This document shows, one piece after another, positions 1 through 8,572 of a stretch of 64,000 bases of DNA. The notes beneath the pieces were generated by a model. That model worked only from the letters and a program-made list of their open reading frames with translations, was not told where the DNA came from and searched no databases. The stretch comes from Candidatus Latescibacterota bacterium (GTDB taxonomy: Bacteria; Latescibacterota; UBA2968; UBA8231), in assembly GCA_965221775.1 (NCBI GenBank), contig CBDCSU010000005.1, forward strand, positions 1,312,001 through 1,376,000, given 5' to 3'. Every line of letters begins with the position of its first letter. Within the stretch, counting starts at the first letter, position 1. The translations under genes were made by a program, and so were the position numbers.

Positions 1-1224
1 CAGGTGCGGGTAGGAGAGGGCGGCCTCCAGGGGCCCCAGCATCGCCGAGCCCGCCGACATCCCCATGTTGGCGATCGCCATGTACAGGGAGAACTGGGTG
101 GCGCCCACCCGCTGCCAGCAGATGGCCATCATCAGCGACAGGAAGGAGATGGTGACGAGCACGTCCATCAGCAGGTAGGCGGCGATGTAGGTCTGGGCCG
201 TCAGCCGGTGAGCCCACAGCTCGGGCATCAGGGCCATGGCCACCGAGGCCAGGCCGAGCAGGGCTGCGCCGGCGGCGATCGTGCGCTGCCGGCCGAGGAG
301 CTCGATCAGCATCCACCCCGTGAGCGCGCCGATGATGGCGGAGACGGCCCCGGAGGTGGCGTTGAGCTCGGAGTAGTCGGTGTGGTCCCACCCCAGCTCC
401 TGCACGGTGAGCACCGGCAGCAGGGCGTCGAGGAATCCGGTCCCCAGGTTGAAGAGGAACATGCATGCCGCCGCCCGCAGGCTGACGGGCCACACGAAGA
501 CCTTCAGCAGGCTTCGTCCGATGTCCCGCCAGCCTTCCAGCTGCAGTTGGCGGGCTACCGCCGACGCCTGCCCCCGGGTCCACGGCAGCAGGCGCTCGCC
601 CGGGCGCTCCCGCAGCAGCAGGGGCACCAGCATCACCACGCCCACGGCCGCGGTATGGGCCACCATGGCGCCGGCCAGGCCGTAGCCGTCCAGCAGCCAG
701 GCGCCGCCGGCGATCGCCCCGGACTTGCCCAGGGCCTTGCCGCCCCACATGAAGCTGTTGGCCCGCGGCTGCTCCTCCACCGGAACGATCTCGATGGCCA
801 TGCCGTCGGTGGCCACGTCCTGGAAGGCGGTGAAGAAGTTGATGGCGAAGCCGCAGGCCGTGAGCCAGGCGAGGTGCTGGAGCGGATCGGGCAGCAGGAC
901 CAGGACCAGCGAGGTGCCGATCATCCCCGCCTGGGCCGCCAGCACCCAGGGCCGGCGGCGGCCCATGGCCAGGAAGCTCCAGCGGTCCATGATCGGGCCG
1001 TTGATCAGCTTCAGGCTCCAGGGCAGCAGGATGATGCCCATGTACGAGCCGATCTGGGCCGGCGTGAGTCCCTGCTGGGCCATGTAGGCCGGCACGGCGA
1101 CGGAGAGCAGGCCGTAGGGGAATCCCTGGGCGGCGTAGAGGAGGGTGAAGGCCGCGTAGCGGAGCAGGCTGTGCTCGGAGAGCACCGCACCCGGGGCGGC
1201 TCGTCCCAGAGTCTGACTGGTCAT
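1..1224 (-). CDS. AmpG-like MFS transporter (3' end runs off the window)
   Basis: Manual minus-strand translation from ATG at 1224 reads MTSQTLGRAAPGAVLSEHSLLRYAAFTLLYAAQGFPYGLL...LLPWSLKLINGPIMDRW. The YxxQGxP and LPWxxK...P..D motifs are typical of AmpG/RhtX-type MFS transporters. It is absent from the ORF track because its stop lies outside the window. Confidence 0.8.
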   Translation of the reverse strand, partial: MTSQTLGRAAPGAVLSEHSLLRYAAFTLLYAAQGFPYGLLSVAVPAYMAQQGLTPAQIGSYMGIILLPWSLKLINGPIMDRWSFLAMGRRRPWVLAAQAGMIGTSLVLVLLPDPLQHLAWLTACGFAINFFTAFQDVATDGMAIEIVPVEEQPRANSFMWGGKALGKSGAIAGGAWLLDGYGLAGAMVAHTAAVGVVMLVPLLLRERPGERLLPWTRGQASAVARQLQLEGWRDIGRSLLKVFVWPVSLRAAACMFLFNLGTGFLDALLPVLTVQELGWDHTDYSELNATSGAVSAIIGALTGWMLIELLGRQRTIAAGAALLGLASVAMALMPELWAHRLTAQTYIAAYLLMDVLVTISFLSLMMAICWQRVGATQFSLYMAIANMGMSAGSAMLGPLEAALSYPHL

Positions 1225-1227
1225 CTA

Positions 1228-2383
1228 GTGCTCTGTTAAAGAGTGGGCATTGAGTTTTGGACCTTCACCAGCTCCGCATCCGCCTTGTTCCGACATCGCC
1301 AGGCGAGGTACTCCTGCATGCGTTGGCCCACGTCCCGATGGTCCTCCGGGTCGCTGTTCTTGATGACGAAGTAGTGGGCGGCCGTCAGATGGCATTCGAG
1401 CCGATTCATCCAGGAGGCGTTGGTGGCGGTGAAGACGAGGTCGACCTGATGGCGCTGACACCACTGCCGGATCGGTTCGGTCGTGTGCGTCGACAGATTG
1501 TCGAGGACGAGGTAGATCCGTCGGGCCTTGGCGTAACGGCGCCGGATAGCCTTGAGGAAGGTGAGCACCTCCGAGGCGTGCTTCTTGCGCTTGTGATGCA
1601 TCCACAACTCGTCCTCGTGGACGTTGTAGGCGCCGAAGAAGTAGCTGACCCCGGCGTGCCGATGGTAGGTGGCCCGATGGCGCACCGGGCGCTTCTGCGG
1701 CGCCCACGAGGAGCCGGCATGGGGCTTGATCTGCACCGGCCCCATCTCGTCGAAGCAGACTACGACCGAGTCCTTCGGCGCCCGCCGGTAGAGTCGGTCG
1801 ATTCGTTTTTTTTAGCGGCGAAGTCCGGATCCTTCGACTCCTTCCAGGTACGAGTCCGCTGGTAGGTGACCTTATGCCGGTCCAGGACCTTGGCGATGGT
1901 CACGTGCGAGACCTTGGGGATCATCTGCCGCCCCACCAGATGGTCCGTCAGCTTGCGCAGCGACCACTGGTTGAAGGGTTGGCCGAAGGCCCGAGGGGGC
2001 ATGGTGGCGATCTCCACCACCACGGACTCGTCTTCCGGGGTCAACGCCGGGGGGCGCCCCGGATGGGCTCGCGTGCGAAGCGACGCCAACCCTTCCTCGT
2101 TGTATTGGCGCAGCAGTTGGCGCACGTACTCCTCGTGCAGGTGCAGCGTCGTCGACAGCTCCTGCACGCGCATCCCCTGAGCGCTGAGGGAGATCAACTG
2201 TCCTCGCCGCATCTGCACCGCATTGCGAGGCCGCTTCAGCCACCGGCTCAGTTCCTTGGATTCCGCGGCGTTCGGGGCTCGAGCATGGAGACACATGGCG
2301 GACCCTCCCAGGCAAAATGGCCATAGGTCCCTATGATACAACGACTTACGGAAAAGTACAAGTCTGAATCCTTAACGGAGCAC
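1228..2383. mobile_element. Complete IS630-family insertion sequence
   Basis: Terminal inverted repeats GTGCTCTGTTAAAGA (from 1228) and, as reverse complement of the right end, GTGCTCCGTTAAGGA (to 2383). TA duplicated at 1226-1227 and 2384-2385, each within CTAG. Encloses a two-ORF transposase. Confidence 0.92.
1236..2296 (-). CDS. IS630 transposase, -1 frameshifted (OrfA HTH 1760..2296 + OrfB DDE 1236..~1810)
   Basis: OrfA starts at ATG 2296 after a GGAGG RBS and has HTH motifs (WSLRKL). The A8 run (T8 at 1806-1813) lets a -1 shift read AKKKRIDRLYRRAPKDSVVVCFDEMGP, joining the DDE domain (LVLDNLSTH, SWMNRLE). Confidence 0.9.
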
Positions 2384-3222
2384 TAGACCGCCGTGTTCGT
2401 CTCGTCGCGGTACTGGTTGATCCCGGGGACCTCGCTCATGCCGTGCCAGACGCCGCGGAACAGGGTCTGGCGCTTCGGCGGCATGGCGGCGATCACCTCG
2501 GGCGCCGGCCGCCCCTTGCCCCACTTGGCGTTCACCGTGTTGTAGCAGGTGAACAGGCTCAACCGGGGGTCGGCGCCCGTCCACTTGGTCCCCGAGTGGC
2601 ACAGGGCCTCGGTGAATACCAGGGCCGATCCCGCGGGACAGCCGTAGGTCTCCCACACGGGGCTGTCCCGGCCGCTGAGCCCCTCGGGACGCGGGAAGGC
2701 GGTCTTGTGGCTGCCCGACAGCAGCAGGGTGCCGCCCTCGCCGTGGACGACCTCGTTCAGCTCCCACACGACCCGCGTCAGCCCGGCGTGCACCTTGCCG
2801 GGCAGCATCTGGTAGATGTGGGAGTTGCCCTCGAAGTTGAAGTAGCCGCCGCCCCCGTGGGGGCTGAAGTTGTCGTGGCCCTTCTCGCGAAAGCTGGTGT
2901 AGGTGTGGTCGTAGCGGAAGCCGTAGCAGTCGGGCGTGGCCAGGGCCTGGTGGGAGAGGATCTCGTTGAGCACGCCCACCACGGCCGGGTGGTCCACCAG
3001 CACCTGCGACGGCCCCCCGTGGTTGTCCCGCTCCTCCGGGGGCAGCGACTCACGGTCCTTCAGGAACCGCATCTGGTGCTCCTGGATCGGGCCGAGCTGC
3101 TCCTCCGTCAGCAGCGAGGGCAGCAGCAGCCACCCCTTCAGGTCGAAGAAGTAGCGCTGCTCGTCGGTCATGGGCACCACGGGCAGGCCGTCGGCGTTGG
3201 TGTCAGGCAGGAATCCCTTCAT
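2383..3222 (-). CDS. PhyH-family Fe(II)/2-oxoglutarate dioxygenase-like protein (HxG variant)
   Basis: MTDEQRYFFDLKGWL N-terminus, GGTLLLSGSHK, GSALVFTEALCHSG. The first iron motif reads PHGG instead of HxD. Confidence 0.8.
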   Translation of the reverse strand: MKGFLPDTNADGLPVVPMTDEQRYFFDLKGWLLLPSLLTEEQLGPIQEHQMRFLKDRESLPPEERDNHGGPSQVLVDHPAVVGVLNEILSHQALATPDCYGFRYDHTYTSFREKGHDNFSPHGGGGYFNFEGNSHIYQMLPGKVHAGLTRVVWELNEVVHGEGGTLLLSGSHKTAFPRPEGLSGRDSPVWETYGCPAGSALVFTEALCHSGTKWTGADPRLSLFTCYNTVNAKWGKGRPAPEVIAAMPPKRQTLFRGVWHGMSEVPGINQYRDETNTAV

Positions 3223-3244
3223 CAGGCTTCTCCATGGATGGTTC

Positions 3245-3511
3245 TCACGTCTCGCTGGAGATCCTCGAGGTCGTATTGGACCGGATCATCTCCCACAAGG
3301 ACACCCCGGCCTCGCGAGCCGCTCGTGCAAGGGTGAGCTTCCCATCCCCATACAGCCGGACGTAATGCTCCAGCTTCCATTGCTGGATCGCTTTCGACAA
3401 CAGCCGGCGCACCGTGGTTGAGCGATCGGCCTGCTCGACATTCTCGATAAGCTCCAATTCTCGGACCAAATCCAAAGGGAGCCTGGTCCCCACCATCCGA
3501 TCCTTCTTCAT
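3245..3511 (-). pseudogene. UPF0175-family putative antitoxin, C-terminally frameshifted
   Basis: MKKDRMVGTRLP...GKLTLARAAREAGVSLWEM. The expected tail (VQYDLEDLQRDV) is in another frame. Confidence 0.6.
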
Positions 3512-3630
3512 CTGTCGGTCTCCCGGGCAAGTCTCAAGATTTCCGCAACGACGGCGGGGGAGAGCCACAGGATCTGACCGAGACCTCGCCCGCTCGCCAG
3601 CGCGATCGCCTCGGCTTCGCCCTGTGTCCA
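3508..3630 (-). pseudogene. Remnant of a DUF3368-type PIN protein
   Basis: One minus frame reads GEAEAIALASGRGLGQILWLSPAVVAEILRLARETDR*. The GEAEAIALA motif is joined almost directly to the C-terminal motif, and the stop overlaps the UPF0175 start. Confidence 0.5.
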
Positions 3631-3660
3631 GCCGGGAGCGTCCCGCCAGACGGTTGCCCC

Positions 3661-3830
3661 TCAGGGGAAGTCTTCGCGCCCGGCCTGGGTGGGCGGAAGG
3701 GGGGCGAAGCCAAACCAGACGTTGGCCAACTGCTCGTCGCGGCGCCGGCGACAACTCCGGGTCGGCCTCGTCGGCGGAGCCGGGGGTGGTGGGCGAGGTG
3801 GGGGAGAACCGCAGGCCCTCGGGTGAGTTG
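3661..3830 (-). repeat. Degenerate partial copy of the amidohydrolase gene segment ~4481-4655
   Basis: Direct alignment by eye, e.g. ctccgggtcggcctcgtcggcg shared. NVWFGFAPLPPTQAGREDFP versus NVWFDFASFPAILAGLEEFP, with indels. Confidence 0.75.
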
Positions 3831-3844
3831 GACGTCCTGCGGCC

Positions 3845-4102
3845 TTACTCCGCCGCCTCCCGCGCCCGCCCGAACAGCGCCTCCCGCAGGCCGTCGAGGA
3901 CGCCTTCGAGGCGGGCCATGCGCTGCTCCAGGGAGTCGAGACGGCTCTCCATGCCGTCAAGGCGGGTCTCCAGGCGATCCAGCCGGGCATCCAGGCGGTG
4001 GATCTCCTTCCGGATCTCCTCCCGCAGGCTGCGCATGCTGGCCATGTGCAGCGCCGCCAGGGCGACGCCGACGCTCAGGATGCCGATCAACTCAGCGCTC
4101 AT
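3845..4102 (-). CDS. Small membrane-anchored coiled-coil protein
   Basis: MSAELIGILSVGVALAAL hydrophobic segment followed by heptads (RLDARLD RLETRLD GMESRLD). AAGGA RBS upstream. Confidence 0.7.
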   Translation of the reverse strand: MSAELIGILSVGVALAALHMASMRSLREEIRKEIHRLDARLDRLETRLDGMESRLDSLEQRMARLEGVLDGLREALFGRAREAAE

Positions 4103-4269
4103 TGTCACTCGTCCTTGCCGTAGACGCCGGCGTCGGGATCCTGGTGGCCCGGTGCTGAGACTCGGTGGTCCTCTGCTTGCATGGCAGGAATATACCGAGC
4201 CGAGGGGAACCGAGACAGCGGAGGAATCCCGAGAGTTCCTGGCCACTCATCCGGCATGCGACTCTCCCT

Positions 4270-5202
4270 TCAGCTCTCTCCGAAGTAGACCTGCCGCGCC
4301 GTCTCCCCCAGCACCAGGGCCTGGTCCGCGGCGGGCAGGTGTTGCGTGTGCAGCCGCGCCAGGCGCAGCAGCTGCGCGTAGTTGAGGTGCGACAGCATCC
4401 CCGGCTGGTCGGTGCCCCACATGATCCGCTCCGCGCCGAGGCGCTCCAGGCCCTCCCGGAGCCACCGCGCCGCCGTGGGATAGGGGAACTCCTCAAGCCC
4501 GGCCAGGATAGCCGGAAAAGAGGCGAAGTCGAACCAGACGTTGGGCAGCTCGCCGAGGGCCAGCTGCTGGTCTCGGCGCCGGCGCAGCTCCGGGTCGGCC
4601 TCGTCGGCGAGCCGGGGGTGGGCCAGGTGGGTGATTACGACGCGCAGTCCCTCGTGCCCCTCGGCGATGGCCCTCACCGCCGACGTCTGGTAGGCCTCCT
4701 GCGCCGGCGGACCGAGGTCCAGGGTGAGGACCATGCCGCGCGCCTCCAGGGCCGGCCACAGCCAGCCCACCTCCTCGTCGTCGAGACGCGCCCCGGGGTG
4801 CACCCCCGTCAGCCCCGTCTCCTCGGAAAACTCGATCTTGCCAGCGGCGAAGGCCCCGCCTTCAACCTGCGCCTCGAAGTAAGGCCGGAACCCCGGCCGC
4901 CAGGGGTCGCACCACAGGGCGCCGACGAGCCGGTCCGGATTGGCGGCCACCGCCTCGGCCACGTAGCCGTCGCACTCCCCGTAGTAGGTCCCCTGGAGCA
5001 ACACGGCCCGCTCCACCCCCGCCCAGTCCAGGTTCGCCAGCAGCATCTCCGTGGTGAACTCGGTGCGCGGATTGAGGGGCGGCATGAGCTGCATCAGGCG
5101 CTCGCCCACCCGCATGCGGCCGTAGCCGCCGCCGCGCGTCGGGCCCTCCCGCACCTGGCCCCGCGGCTCCGGGAAGACGTGGCTGTGGGCGTCGACGATC
5201 AT
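4270..5202 (-). CDS. Amidohydrolase_2-family protein
   Basis: VDAHSH metal motif, ITHLAHP, RIMWGTDQP. Confidence 0.88.
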   Translation of the reverse strand: MIVDAHSHVFPEPRGQVREGPTRGGGYGRMRVGERLMQLMPPLNPRTEFTTEMLLANLDWAGVERAVLLQGTYYGECDGYVAEAVAANPDRLVGALWCDPWRPGFRPYFEAQVEGGAFAAGKIEFSEETGLTGVHPGARLDDEEVGWLWPALEARGMVLTLDLGPPAQEAYQTSAVRAIAEGHEGLRVVITHLAHPRLADEADPELRRRRDQQLALGELPNVWFDFASFPAILAGLEEFPYPTAARWLREGLERLGAERIMWGTDQPGMLSHLNYAQLLRLARLHTQHLPAADQALVLGETARQVYFGES

Positions 5203-6035
5203 CAGCCGCGGGAGGGCTCGCCTCGCTCCCGACGCGCCTGCTCCGACAGGCCCGGCAGGTGGTCCTGGTTGGCCAGGGGCTGCTCCAGGTGGCGCATGCG
5301 CTCCGGGGTGGCGGTGTCGACCATGGCCGGTCCGTACACCGAGTCGGTGAGGAAGCGCGAGAAGTTGGCCACCTCCCGGCGCATGATGGGCAGCTCCTCC
5401 TCGGTGTGGCGCCGGGTGCAGTTCAGGGTGAACATGCGCCGCCGGTCGCCGCCGCCCCAGGCCGAGTGCTTGGTCCCCTGGTGGAAGACGACGACGTCGC
5501 CGGGCGACGTCTCCACCGCCACCGCCGGCACCTGGTCGCCGGCGACGCCCCAGGTCTCCTCGGACTCGCGCACGGCGGCCTGCAGCGCCTCGGCGTAGCC
5601 CTCGCCGTAGCGGTGGCTGCCCGGGATCACGCGGATGGCGCCGCTGTCGCGCGTCAGCCGGTCGAGGTAGAAGGCGATCTTGTAGTAGACGATGGGCCGC
5701 GGCCAGCCGCCGTCGGAGTGCCAGCCCGTGTCGCCCACGTAGTAGTTGCCGTCGCTGCCGAGGTAGACGTAGTCGTCGCCGAGCAGGCTGCCCAGGATGC
5801 CGTCGATGCGCGGGTCGTCGAGCAGGCTGGAGAGGTACTCGCTCTGCCCGGCGAAGGGCACGATGCAGGAGCGCGCCGTGCCGTCGTGAGGCCGGCCGTC
5901 GTGGCCGCCCCCGTGGCCCTCCCAGATCTCCTCGAAGGCGTCGATGACGGCCTCGATGCGGTCCTCGATGAGGCCGGGGAAGTGGAGGAACCCGAAGGTC
6001 TCCATGAAGTTGAGCTGCTGCGGTGTCAGTCGCAT
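5202..6035 (-). CDS. PhyH-family dioxygenase
   Basis: Start MRLTPQQLNFMETFGF, GWHSD, GAIRVIPGSH, GDVVVFHQGTKH. GGAGA RBS. Confidence 0.88.
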   Translation of the reverse strand: MRLTPQQLNFMETFGFLHFPGLIEDRIEAVIDAFEEIWEGHGGGHDGRPHDGTARSCIVPFAGQSEYLSSLLDDPRIDGILGSLLGDDYVYLGSDGNYYVGDTGWHSDGGWPRPIVYYKIAFYLDRLTRDSGAIRVIPGSHRYGEGYAEALQAAVRESEETWGVAGDQVPAVAVETSPGDVVVFHQGTKHSAWGGGDRRRMFTLNCTRRHTEEELPIMRREVANFSRFLTDSVYGPAMVDTATPERMRHLEQPLANQDHLPGLSEQARRERGEPSRG

Positions 6036-6046
6036 GGGGTTCTCCT

Positions 6047-6802
6047 TCAGCGTTCGTACGCCTCGTCGCGGCCGCGGGCCTGCCGGCCCGTGCACAGGGC
6101 CTGCATCTGGGCCGGCATGCGCGCGAACGTCTCCGGCCAGACGGGTTGGTGGTTGTTCTCGACCCAGTTGTTGAACCACCTCGGGTAGTAGGCCACGTTG
6201 AGACCGACGCGCACGCTGGTCCCGGTGTTGGCCCGGGCCATGTGGCAGGCGCCGCCGTGCCACATGAGCAGGCTGCCGGCGGTGCCGGTCACGGTGCGCA
6301 CGAGGGGGCCGTCCACGTCGAGGTCGGGGGGCGGCGTCCGCAGGCCGGAGCGGTGGCTCATGGGCACCACCCCGGTGGCGCCGTTGTCGATGGTGAAGTC
6401 GGTGAGCATCCAGATGGAGTTGATCATCCACGGCACCCCGGGCAGCTCGTGGAAGTGCCCGGACGAGTCGACGTGCAGGGGCTGGTGGGGAGCGCCCGGC
6501 CAGGTCGGCTTGGAGCACGCCTCCACCACGCGGCAGCGCGGCCCCAGGAAGTGGCGGGCCACGGCCACCGCCGCCGGATGGAAGGCCAGCTGCCAGGTGC
6601 GGTCGTCGAGGTTGAGCATGCCGAAGAGGGTCTGGTAGTGCTCGTCGCCGACGACGTATTCCTGGCAGCGCTCCTCGGCGTGCAGCTCCAGGCAGCGCTC
6701 CGCCAGGCCGCGGGCCAGCTCGCCGGGCACCAGGCCGGGGAGCAGGCAGTAGCCGTAGGTGTCGAGGTGCTCGATCGCCTCGGAGGTGTCGGGCGCGGTC
6801 AT
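6047..6802 (-). CDS. PhyH-family dioxygenase
   Basis: QPLHVD, WMLTDFTIDNGATGVVPMSH, GSLLMWHGGACH. Confidence 0.87.
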   Translation of the reverse strand: MTAPDTSEAIEHLDTYGYCLLPGLVPGELARGLAERCLELHAEERCQEYVVGDEHYQTLFGMLNLDDRTWQLAFHPAAVAVARHFLGPRCRVVEACSKPTWPGAPHQPLHVDSSGHFHELPGVPWMINSIWMLTDFTIDNGATGVVPMSHRSGLRTPPPDLDVDGPLVRTVTGTAGSLLMWHGGACHMARANTGTSVRVGLNVAYYPRWFNNWVENNHQPVWPETFARMPAQMQALCTGRQARGRDEAYER

Positions 6803-6971
6803 GGCGCGAGGGTAGTCAACGGCGCGAGTCTTCGGCAAGGGACCGCGCCGGGCAGGACGCGAACCAACGCGGGCGGCGGGATCAGCGTGTGCATCACTCT
6901 GCAGGGCTTTTGCCGATCGGGGTGAGGCGGGGTATCGTGAGGCCGGCGGACACGCGAAGCGAAGAATAGCC

Positions 6972-7922
6972 ATGAGCCTCACGAGCCGACAGCGGCAGCA
7001 CTACCAAGAGCACGGATACGTCGTGGTCAGAGGCGGCCTGACCGCCGCCGACCTGGCCCCGGTGATCGCGGACTACGAGCGCTTCATCGACGGCGAGGCG
7101 CGGCGCCTGCACGCGGCCGGCGTCCTGCCGCGGCTGTGGGAGGAGGAGCCCTTCCACCGCCGCCTCGCCCGGATCTGCGAGCACGAGACCAGCATCTACG
7201 ACCGCATCGACCTGATGTACTGCCGGCTGCGGGGCGTCTTCGAGTTCCTGCGCAACGAGCGGTTGCTCGACCTGGTGGAAGGGATCGTCGGGCCCGAGAT
7301 CACATGCAGCCCCATCCAGCACGCCCGGGCCAAGCTCCCCGGGTCGCTGCGCCCGGCCGCGGACGGCGAGGAGGCCCGCCGGAAGCGGGATGCCATGGTG
7401 GGCGAGAACGTGGCTCCCTGGCACCAGGACGCCCAGGTGCACCTGGAGGCCGCCGACCCGCACGCCATCGTCACCGTGTGGGTCCCGCTGGTGGACGCCA
7501 CCCCGGCCAACGGCTGCCTGCAGGTTATCCCCGGCGTGCACCATCGGCGCCGCGTCTACTGGAGCGACGGCTTCGGCGTCAGCGACGAGCACCTGCCCGA
7601 GGGCGGGGCCGTCACCCTGCCCATGGCCGCCGGCGACGTGCTGCTCATGGACAAGCTGATCCCGCACCGCTCCACGCCGAACCGCACCGGCGGCATCCGC
7701 TGGAGCCTCGACCTGCGCTACCAGCGCGCCGGCACCCCCACCGGCCGCGACGACTACCCGGCCTTCATCGCCCGCAGCCGCGCCTGTCCGGCGTCGGAGC
7801 TGACCGACTTCGAGCAGTGGCGCCGCGAGTGGGCGGCGGCCCTGGAGCGGATCCCCCTGGACCATCGGCCGCGGCGCCGGGACCGCCCCACCGAGCCGCG
7901 GGTCATCGAGATCCAGCCGTGA
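6972..7922 (+). CDS. PhyH-family dioxygenase
   Basis: PWHQD, DATPANGCLQVIPGVH, GDVLLMDKLIPHRS, RWSLDLRY. Confidence 0.9.
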   Translation: MSLTSRQRQHYQEHGYVVVRGGLTAADLAPVIADYERFIDGEARRLHAAGVLPRLWEEEPFHRRLARICEHETSIYDRIDLMYCRLRGVFEFLRNERLLDLVEGIVGPEITCSPIQHARAKLPGSLRPAADGEEARRKRDAMVGENVAPWHQDAQVHLEAADPHAIVTVWVPLVDATPANGCLQVIPGVHHRRRVYWSDGFGVSDEHLPEGGAVTLPMAAGDVLLMDKLIPHRSTPNRTGGIRWSLDLRYQRAGTPTGRDDYPAFIARSRACPASELTDFEQWRREWAAALERIPLDHRPRRRDRPTEPRVIEIQP

Positions 7923-8572
7923 GCGCGGCCCTCCTGCTGCTGATCTCCGGCTCCTTCGAGTACGACTCGGAGGAGTCCCTCGTCATCCTGCGGGACTACC
8001 TGCTGGCCAACTCGCGCTGGTCCTGCGAGCTGCTGGTCTACCGGAGCGAGGACGACGAGGTCTCCCTCGAGCCGCTGGAGAGCGCCGACGCCGTGGTGCT
8101 CTTCACGCGCCGGCTGCGCACGGCCGGCGCCGAGCTGGAACACTTCCGGCGCTACTGCCGGGACGGCCGGCCCGTGGTCGGCCTGCGCACGGCCAGCCAC
8201 GCCTTCCAGCACTGGCTCGAGTTCGACGCGCAGGTCCTCGGCGGCAACTACGAGGGGCACTTCGGCGCGGGGGCCGTGACACGGGTGACCGTGGCCGACG
8301 GCGCCGAGGGCCACCCGGTCCTGGAGGAGGTGGAGCCCTTCGAGGCGTACGGATCCCTCTACCGGAACACGCCCCTCGCGGCGGACACCACCCCCCTGCT
8401 CATCGGCCGGGAGGGAGAGCACTGCGAGCCGGTGGCCTGGACCTGCGAGCGCGCCGGACGGGCGTTCTACACCTCCCTCGGCCACCAGCGCGACTTCTGG
8501 GAGCTGGACTTCCTGCGCCTGGTGCGCAACGGCATCGCCTGGGCCCTCGATCAGGCGAGCACGCCCCGGTAG
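7919..8572 (+). CDS. ThuA-like (class I glutamine amidotransferase fold) domain protein
   Basis: GTG start overlapping the previous stop. VVGLRTASHAF, EPVAWT, RAFYTSLGH. Confidence 0.8.
   Translation: MSAALLLLISGSFEYDSEESLVILRDYLLANSRWSCELLVYRSEDDEVSLEPLESADAVVLFTRRLRTAGAELEHFRRYCRDGRPVVGLRTASHAFQHWLEFDAQVLGGNYEGHFGAGAVTRVTVADGAEGHPVLEEVEPFEAYGSLYRNTPLAADTTPLLIGREGEHCEPVAWTCERAGRAFYTSLGHQRDFWELDFLRLVRNGIAWALDQASTPR

Noticed and set aside
4-1239. 411-aa plus-strand ORF
   Set aside because: Antisense shadow of the minus-strand MFS gene. The many long overlapping Arg/Pro/Gly-rich ORFs in the track are likewise GC-rich frame artefacts.
3661-4660. DGR template/variable repeat pair
   Set aside because: Differences include indels and are not confined to adenines, and there is no reverse transcriptase in the window.
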